In this document: positions 52,266-64,000 of the stretch, in pieces
Layout of the letters: each line of letters starts with the position of its first letter
How positions within the stretch are numbered: position 1 is the stretch's first letter
NCBI RefSeq assembly: GCF_009914755.1
Contig: NC_060941.1
Direction: 5' to 3' (one strand)
Length of the DNA: 64,000 nucleotides
Origin: the human T2T-CHM13v2.0 reference genome, Homo sapiens
Notes under the pieces: generated by a model
Told to the model about the DNA's origin: nothing
The model's database searches: none
The model's input: only the letters and a program-made list of their open reading frames with translations
Made by a program: the position numbers and the translations under genes

Positions 52266-53426
52266 CTAATAGTACAAATGGACTGTAAGAAATGGCTAAG
52301 TTTTTCTATAAACTCTTAAGGATGAGGTATTTCCTGCCACAAGAATCTGATGATTTTATACTATAGCAAAGATCTCTAGGCACCTAAATTATTATTACAT
52401 TTCATTAGATTCTGAAATGACACTGTTTTGTCACATTCCCACATAGTATTGTAGTCTGGTCTTTAGAGCACTGCCTTTGCCTTCTCTTTTAAGACCCAAG
52501 GACACCTGCCACATTGTGAGCATCGGGCAGCATGTGGCAAATCAGTGAACTGATTGGTAACATCACTTTTGTGGAAAACTGCTATACCAAGAAATGTGCC
52601 TTGCAAGCTTAGAAAATACCACAGTCAAGGTAGTACCATGAAAGCCAGCCCTTCCAAATTTCCCTTGGGATCAAATGAAATTGAATTTATTTTGCCACCA
52701 CATCAATAATCCATTCAACTTTGCACTCAAGAGTCTTCCTATTAAAGAAAAATATTTCATATCAATTCCTGGAAGCTACATATCCATTGGATGTTACCCG
52801 TAATTTTGCAGGAAGCTATCCAGACTTTTCTCCAAGTGCATACATATCGTATATGTTGTTCTGTTATTTTATTTAATAGTACAGCAATTGTGACAAAGAT
52901 TAAAATCACTGCCAAAATTTGAACATTTACTGTGTGCTAATAAGCAGGATGCTAAGCCTTTACATGCATCAATTCATTTATTCCTCCTCAAACCCTGAGA
53001 GGTAGGGATTATTAGCCCCATTTATAGACAAGAAAATTGAAGCTCAGAGAGATCAACTCATTAGCCAAGTCACACAGCTGAGTCTTCAGCAGAGCTGGGA
53101 TTCAAACCGACACTGCTGCTCTGACCCGCTGGCAGAAGGTGGCCTGGGAACTCCACTGCTTCTCCAAGGACACAGAGCTGCCCCTACACTTCATGAACCG
53201 CTACAGCAGGTGTGCTGTACCTAGTGGCTGAAATTAAATTTGAGGTGCTTTTTTCCCAGGATGACCCTATCCCTGATCATATGAGGGGAGCCAAATCCCA
53301 CGAGTGCTCTGAAATCAGAAAGCTGACTAGCTAAGGGCACTAGTTTTCCAGCGTGACCCCCTGACCCCTACACTCCACCAAACGCAGGTGCCCAGTCAGT
53401 GCTTTCTGCAGGGCTGTACATCTTAC

Positions 53427-53507
53427 CTTTTCTCAGCCCATTCGATGATTGGATCCCACTCATTCCTTTGAAGTTCCACTAATGTCTCGGGCTCCTCCAC
53501 CCTGTAG
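53427..53507 (-). CDS. ATPAF2: ATPAF2 exon 5 (CYRVEEPETLVELQRNEWDPIIEWAEK)
   Basis: aattag| ... AG|GTAAG; 81 nt. Confidence 0.93.
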
Positions 53508-53645
53508 CTAATTCATTGTAAAAATAACCTTCATTAATAAAAAAGTACAATTCCTTCATTCAGTGATAGAAAAGGAAAAACACAAAGGACAACAGCAAAA
53601 ACTTCACCACCACCATCCCAGCCCCACAAGTCTTTTCCCCTAAAG

Positions 53646-53818
53646 CAGTGGTTCTCAAAGTGTGGCCCTGGCACCAGCATCGCCTGGGAACTTGTTAGAA
53701 ATACACATTCTCAGGTTGCATGCCTACAGAAATCAGAACCTCTGGAGGGGGGCCCAGCAATCTGTTTTAACAAGCCCTCTAGGGGATTCTAGTGTAAGCT
53801 TGAGTTTGAGAACCACTA
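53646..53818. mobile_element. MER5A (hAT-Charlie) MITE
   Basis: TIRs CAGTGGTTCTCAAA...TTTGAGAACCACTA; 8-bp TSD ccctaaag/ccctaaat. Confidence 0.85.
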
Positions 53819-55121
53819 CCCTAAATGCCCCCAAATATTTGACAGGTCCAAGCTTGCCACACTGTTACTGCCATCCTAAAGCAGATCCAATCTACTAACT
53901 GCAACCCTGGGTCCACACCCGCTTGACCCAGATGCTGAATGGGAATGCTGTGCCAGATGCTCAGTCTTTGCATCTCTACCCTCACCCCCTCCAAGAGACT
54001 GTGCCCCTGGTCACAGACCAAATAGCCTGTTTATACCTCATAAGTCCACCCACCTCCTGGCTACAGATGCAGCTGCTGGCACAGATGCCAGACCTGATGG
54101 GACCAAGCTAGAGGTCAGGCTGTGCCATTTGTTTGACCAAGAGACACAGACATGAGCCAGTTGAGAGGAGCTGAGCTGCAGGGCCTCATGGGATGGGAAT
54201 CCAAGTGGGCACTATGGAAATCCACTGTCTTGTGTAAGCAAAGTGGGGAAGAGAGGTCATGAGTTATGCAGGAAAAGCTGGGGTGCTGGGAGGGGCAGAT
54301 GGACAACCAGCCTTTCCTCCCTCACCTTCCTCTCACCCTAGTAGGGCACAGGGAGGAGCTCTGACATTGGATCTTCCAGCTACCTTTCCTGGTGACCCAA
54401 CTGTCCTTCATTTCCTGTCAGGATCCCTGTATAGTTTTCAAGAATCCCCTTTTTGTCTGAGCTAGGTTGAATGGGTTTCTGCTCCCTGCAATCAAGTGAA
54501 CCCTAATATAAATGGAGTGGGCGTTCCCACTAGCTATGGGTCACCCCCTTCGAAAGCACGCCTCCAGCCATCAGTGCTGACTTCCTGTGTCATCGTGAGA
54601 TGACTCAGGATCCTAGAGCACTTGGGCTAGCAGGCACGGTGCTGCTCAATCATTTCCATTGTTTCTCAACTTTCCTTTGGCATCACTGAACAATTAGCCA
54701 AGAAACATAGACACAGAGGAGAATTCAGAACTGGAGAAGGACACTCCTAGTTATCAGCATCCATAGTGCCAAGGATGCTTTACCTGAGAAAGTGTCGGTG
54801 GGCAGAAGTTTAAGGTCACAGGCCCCCCTAGGCCTAAGGGGCCTGTGGTCACGGCACCTGCAAGAGCTGCATAACCACCCTCCCAGCCTAAGGAGCAGCT
54901 TCTGGGCTAGAGAAGTGGGGTGGCCATGTTCTGACACCATTGTAGCCCGAGGAGTCCTCCTCCTAAGGGGCTACAGAGCAGCCAAGTGCCAAAGTCAAGT
55001 GGGCCACCTTCCTTGTCCTTGCAATAAATGGAGAGGGTTTCTTCTTCCACTGATAACCATCTGGGCAAATCAGGAAAAATAGCCTCAATCCAAGGGGAAT
55101 GCCCATCTAAATGTCCATTAC

Positions 55122-55219
55122 CAGATGGTGTCGGTGTCCAGAAACTTCACGGCTGCCCGGATCAGCTGATCCTTGTTTCTCTGGGTTGGGTTGTCCAATG
55201 ATGTGTTGCACAATGTGGT
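55122..55219 (-). CDS. ATPAF2: ATPAF2 exon 4 (TTLCNTSLDNPTQRNKDQLIRAAVKFLDTDTI)
   Basis: attcag| ... TG|GTAATG; 98 nt. Confidence 0.94.
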
Positions 55220-55692
55220 CTGAATCAAAGGCAAAAACCACCCTGTCACTGCCTGCGGGGCTCAGGCAAAAGCCCTGCTTTCCTGAGGACACCACATCTG
55301 ACACATAGCAGACAGCACCACAGCACAGCCCTCCACCAGAGGCGTCTGCATTACCGGAGCAGCAGCACAGCTACTGAGAGTGTGCCACAACCAGGCTCCA
55401 TGCCAAATGCTTTGTGTTGACGCTCACAGGACTCGAGGGAAGCTTGCAGCAGCCCCAGGATTAGTGAACCTCCCCCATGGTCACATGCCTTTTATTACCA
55501 GGCTCTAGTGTATTTAATTTAATCCTCACAACAACCTTTTGGAGTAGGTACTATTATTATGTCCATCTGGGATGTGAAAACTGAGGCCCAGACAGGTTAA
55601 GTACATTGTCAAATACAGTTAATAAGACATGTATTAGTGATGGAGCTCAAATCTGACTGGAAACCTTTACCAGCTGCCTCCCTTACACCTTA

Positions 55693-56061
<369 letters not shown>

Positions 56062-57034
56062 TCAATAATAGGCTGCTTAGGTTACCCTATTCGTTTGTAG
56101 CCCTAATCACCCTAATTTCACTAGGTTGTCAAGGACCAGGCCAACCACCTCAGCAGGCTGTGATGTTGGGAGGAGGCCCACCTGGGTTTGCAAAGGTTGA
56201 GCACAGCAGCGGCTGGGATGATAGCAGCTGACTCCTGTATTGACTGAGTGCCCAGTCAGTGCTGGGGACCATGCCAAGGGCTTTCTTGCATCATCTCATC
56301 TCATCCTGACCACAGCTCCGTGAGGTGGGTACTATTATCACTCATCTTTAATCGGTGGGGAATATGGGGCTGCGAAAGGGGTAGCAACCTGCCCAAGGTT
56401 ACAGTTTAGAAGCTGCAGAGGCTGGACCTAAGAGTGTAGCTGGGCCCTTCCTTCCCCAGGCAGCCTTGGTGCCTAGGCGAGCCACTTTGGTGTGGACGAG
56501 GGGGCTGGTTCTATAGGGAGTCTTCCTCACCTCACCCATCTGCCTCCAGTGGATCTTATATTCAACTAATATTTACTGAGTACCAACTAAATTACCTGCT
56601 AGTGGCTGTCCAGACACTGATGAGTAAAACAGACATGGCTCCTGCCCTTCTGTTGCTTACCAGGCAGTGGAAGAGACAGACAATAAATGTGCAAACATAA
56701 AACAATTATAAATTGCCTAAGTGCTGACAAAACAAATGGCCAGCTGCTGTCATAGAAAATAAGAGAGCTGGGCAGTCAATGAAGGTGACATCTGTCCTGA
56801 AACCAAAGGAGAAACCAGCCATCCAGCACAGTGTTCCTAGGAGAGAGAGCTGCAAGTAGCCGGGCCAGACAAGGAAAGAGTTTAGCACGTTAGTGACTTG
56901 AGAGGAGGTGAATCCCTGGGGGCCAGACAGGCAAAGGACCAGCCCCCAGGGCCTTGTCGGAATTTGGTAAAGGGTCTACCCTACGAAGCCCTGGGTGGGT
57001 CTCAGGGTCCAGGTTCACACTGTGAACTTGTTAC

Positions 57035-57180
57035 CAGGTGCATGGTGTAGTACTTGATGGTATCCTGCTGGGAATCCCACTCAGTAGCCACTGCAATGGC
57101 CAGGGCCTCGCTGGGGACGGTAAAGAGCTTGGCTTGGGGAGTTTTCAGCTTCCTGTGGTCCAGGTTTATCTCAAAGCCAC
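57035..57180 (-). CDS. ATPAF2: ATPAF2 exon 3 (GFEINLDHRKLKTPQAKLFTVPSEALAIAVATEWDSQQDTIKYYTMHL); Trp codon at 57077-57079 (W94 by recalled numbering) intact
   Basis: tttcaag| ... CTG|GTAAC; 146 nt; conserved ATP12 motifs LKTP and EWDSQ. Confidence 0.95.
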
Positions 57181-57419
57181 CTTGAAAGATCAAATGAAAA
57201 ACTCTCAGGGATTTGTTAAGTGGAATCAAGTGACCATTCCTATATTTAGCCACTTGAATTGGTGCAGACAAAGCCAACTCTGAGTCCCTTACAGAAATAT
57301 ATCTCACAAAAAGCAGGAAGGATAATCGCACCATGAAACCAGCTGAAGATGAAAAATGTTCCCAACCATTCACAAAAAAAAAAAAAAAAAAAGAGGCAGT
57401 CAAAATTTCAGACACTCAC

Positions 57420-57464
57420 CTTCACCCTGTGTGATGCTGACATTCTGATAAAACCTCTTCCTTT
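57420..57464 (-). CDS. ATPAF2: ATPAF2 exon 2 (ERKRFYQNVSITQGE); exon 1 lies beyond the right edge
   Basis: ttacag| ... G|GTGAG; 45 nt; conserved KRFY motif. Confidence 0.93.
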
Positions 57465-58379
57465 CTGTAAGAAAGATTTTTCAAAGAGGCAGTTTAAAAT
57501 AACGTTGAGACAACTCAGGAAGCGACAGGACCAGCTTGTATCATTACTGCTAATGTTGATTGATTGGCTTGATTTTCATATCCCCATTCAAGGTCTGCCC
57601 TACTCAACACGGTATAATCAACCGCTTCTGATTAAAGCTGGGGGAAGGGAACATCTGATCTCCAGGGAGAAGGGAGGAACAGAACATGCTGGTCATACCT
57701 CTGCCAGCCCCGCAGCCTGGGGACAAGTCTGATCAGGAGCATCTCGGCATGCTCTCCCACCCTCCCCACCACCAGTGCCACCTCATGCCAGCACAACGAG
57801 TTCAAACCTAAAGTCGGTGTCTGAGTGGGACAAAGCTAGAGACCCATTTCAGGCAAGACTCTGATGCCTCTAAGGAGTGAGTGGAAAGCCAGTGTGCGTG
57901 CGCAGGGTGTGCGTGTGTGATACATCGGCAGGATACAGAGCTCCCAAGGGCATTTCCCATCCCCTCTCTCCAATTAATTAACCTAATTAACCAGCTTGCT
58001 TGTGTATCCAACAGGAACTCCAAACATTTCCTTCAAGAATGGGAAAATCTATGTCCTTTGTTTTCTTTTGAAAATAACTTGAATAAAATCTTACATGAAA
58101 CAGTCTCCTTCTTTTACCCTGGAGGGATTAACAACCAAGAGCACTTCTAAGGAATTATGCAGATTCCCTCAACTGATAACAAAGAAGTCACATTTTGGAA
58201 GCTATAAGCTATAACTCAGTCTCTCACATCTGTGACAAACACAAAACTTTCATTCATTCATTCGTTTGTTCACTCGTTCATGTGTTCACTGAGTTCTCAA
58301 AGTCTTTGAAGACCCTAACTGAAGTTATTTATTGGAAATAATGATGCAGCATGTGGAAGAAAAAAGAGTAAATCATTTG

Positions 58380-60656
<2,277 letters not shown>

Positions 60657-61786
60657 TCATCTGAAATCACAACACTGATTATCTCATACGTTTGACACTA
60701 AAATTAGAAGTTTACAGCACCCTACTGCTTTTAAATTTCTCTACATGCTGTCCTGGTCATATCCAAATGGCAGGCTAGACATGGGTCTGGAGGCCTCCTT
60801 TCCTCTCTCAGGTCTGGAGTGAGGTAGACCATGTCCTTTGTGTTTTCCAATGCAACAGGCTGGGCTGCATGTATAAAAGCCAGGCCAGGCAGGAAGTTGG
60901 GAAGGGCTCTGAAAGCTCTGACTCAACACTGGGGAAAGGGTCTTCCCATGTCAGCAGGAAGAGCCAGCAGAGTGTACAAATGTACAAGAGTGAGCACTCT
61001 AGCATACTTCCAGGCCCGGTCTGGGAAGTGAACCCAAGAGACCTGGGGCAGACGAACAGACTCAAGGCAGGAACTGCCAGCACAGGGCTGAACCTTCAAA
61101 AGCTCCTGGGACAGCCAGGTTTCCCAAGAGGGAAGTCTTTTTTCTGTTTTGTTGGCCAGGCTCACTTCTGTAACTGAATAAGAAAAAACTAGATGGGAGT
61201 GGGATAGATGGAGGGCAGGGAAGAAGCCACCAAAAATTTCTCCAAGCAGAAGAAAACCATGCAGAAAATGAGACGGCAGAAGGGCAAAAGAAGCCCAGGG
61301 GCCGCCAGGCCTCAGATTAGAAGGCAGGTGCACATAGATGTGTTTTAGCCAGGGGCTCTCCTGAATGACCCACTGACACTTGGAGGGGCAAACGTGTCTT
61401 GGAACAAGCTTTGGTGAGTACTGATCATGTTCCAGGACATACAAGTCCTGGGGATGGGACATGTGCAAAGCTCATCTCTGCACTCTCCAGCCATTTACTG
61501 TCTAGTAGGAATACAGACACTAAACCAGGCAAACAATAAGGTGACTTCTGTGATGGGGCAGGCACGTGGAACGATTAGTCAGAATTAAATTGCAACTTGA
61601 AGGTGAGGCAGGAGGTACCAAACTTTCTGATTGATTCAATTTTTTTTTTTTTTTTTTGGCAGAGCAGGGCTGTGGAAGTAGTTTCCAGATGAAGAAACAG
61701 GTTGCATGAAGGACCAGGGTTTCTAGAGAGCAGTTGTGGACTAGACAGATGGTCAGAAGGAGAATGCAAGATTCTCTAAGATGCTA

Positions 61787-62014
<228 letters not shown>

Positions 62015-62589
62015 TTAAAAAATTGGCGAGGTGTGGTATTGCCTGCCTGTAATACCAGCTACTCAGGAGGCTGAAAATCAGTTGAACCCAGGAGGCGGAG
62101 GTTGTAGTGAACCAAGATTGCGCCACTGCACCCCAACCAGGGTGACAGAATGAGACTCTGTCTCAAAAAAAAAAAAAAAAAAGAACATGATCTGGACAAT
62201 TCGTTTGGGGGATCCATGTTCCCCAACAATGTCACATAAGACAAAATGTGAGACCACCAGAAACCTATGAAGCTTCCATGTTCTCGGTGAATACATGGTT
62301 AGCAGACATCAATGGTAACCCTGTCTTTAAAGATGAAAAAAATCAGCCTAGCTTTGTAGGATCATGCAGAACTGGCCTTTCCTTTAGAAAGATTACCAGC
62401 CTCAGGAACCACAACTCCCACAGTGCACCAAGAAGAGGAAGTACTGGTTTCAGAGCTGTCTCAGTGCCTTTATCTTTTAAAACAGTGCCATCTGGTGGGC
62501 CTTAAACCTTAAAGGTGAAATTCTAACTCCAGGGCCATCTGTAATCCTAGGGCGGCTCTAACCAACTCTTTTCAGGTATCAAAATTCTT

Positions 62590-63760
<1,171 letters not shown>

Positions 63761-63877
63761 TGGTCATGGTGGCTCACTCCTGTAATCCCAGCACTCTGGA
63801 AGGCCGAAGCAGGAGGATCACTTGAGGCCAGGAGTTTGAGGTCAGCCTGAGCAAGACCCCATCTCTACAAAGCACTA

Positions 63878-64000
<123 letters not shown>

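Noticed and set aside
53508-55121. ATPAF2 intron 4 as a possible U12 intron because of its weak acceptor
   Set aside because: Donor is GTAATG (U2-type) and there is no TCCTTAAC branch site

Overview
Human (primate) genomic DNA. The proteins identify it as the TOM1L2 - DRC3 (LRRC48) - ATPAF2 locus; its placement in 17p11.2, the Smith-Magenis region, is recalled knowledge. It contains the first coding exon of TOM1L2 (- strand), head-to-head with DRC3 across a CpG-island bidirectional promoter. DRC3 (+) is complete: 12 coding exons splice to 1572 nt = 523 aa + stop. ATPAF2 exons 2-8 (-) lie tail-to-tail with DRC3. The most striking structure is the splice-site set. DRC3 assembles in frame through two U12-type AT-AC introns (23802-26149 and 34941-35710) and one GC-AG intron (21602-22988), probably has a second GC donor on a 5'UTR exon, and ATPAF2 has its own GC-AG intron. 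The promoter carries six co-oriented CCAAT boxes, a perfect CLEAR/E-box palindrome and RFX X-boxes. Introns hold BRI3, RPS2 and Y4-RNA retro-pseudogenes, nested L1/LTR/Alu elements and several minisatellites, including a GC-rich 56/40-bp VNTR with CTCF-like motifs and a constant-repeat/(TG)n-spacer array. I found no evidence for a wholly new gene system; the novel items are regulatory and splicing hypotheses. Repeat boundaries and subfamily calls are by eye and approximate.
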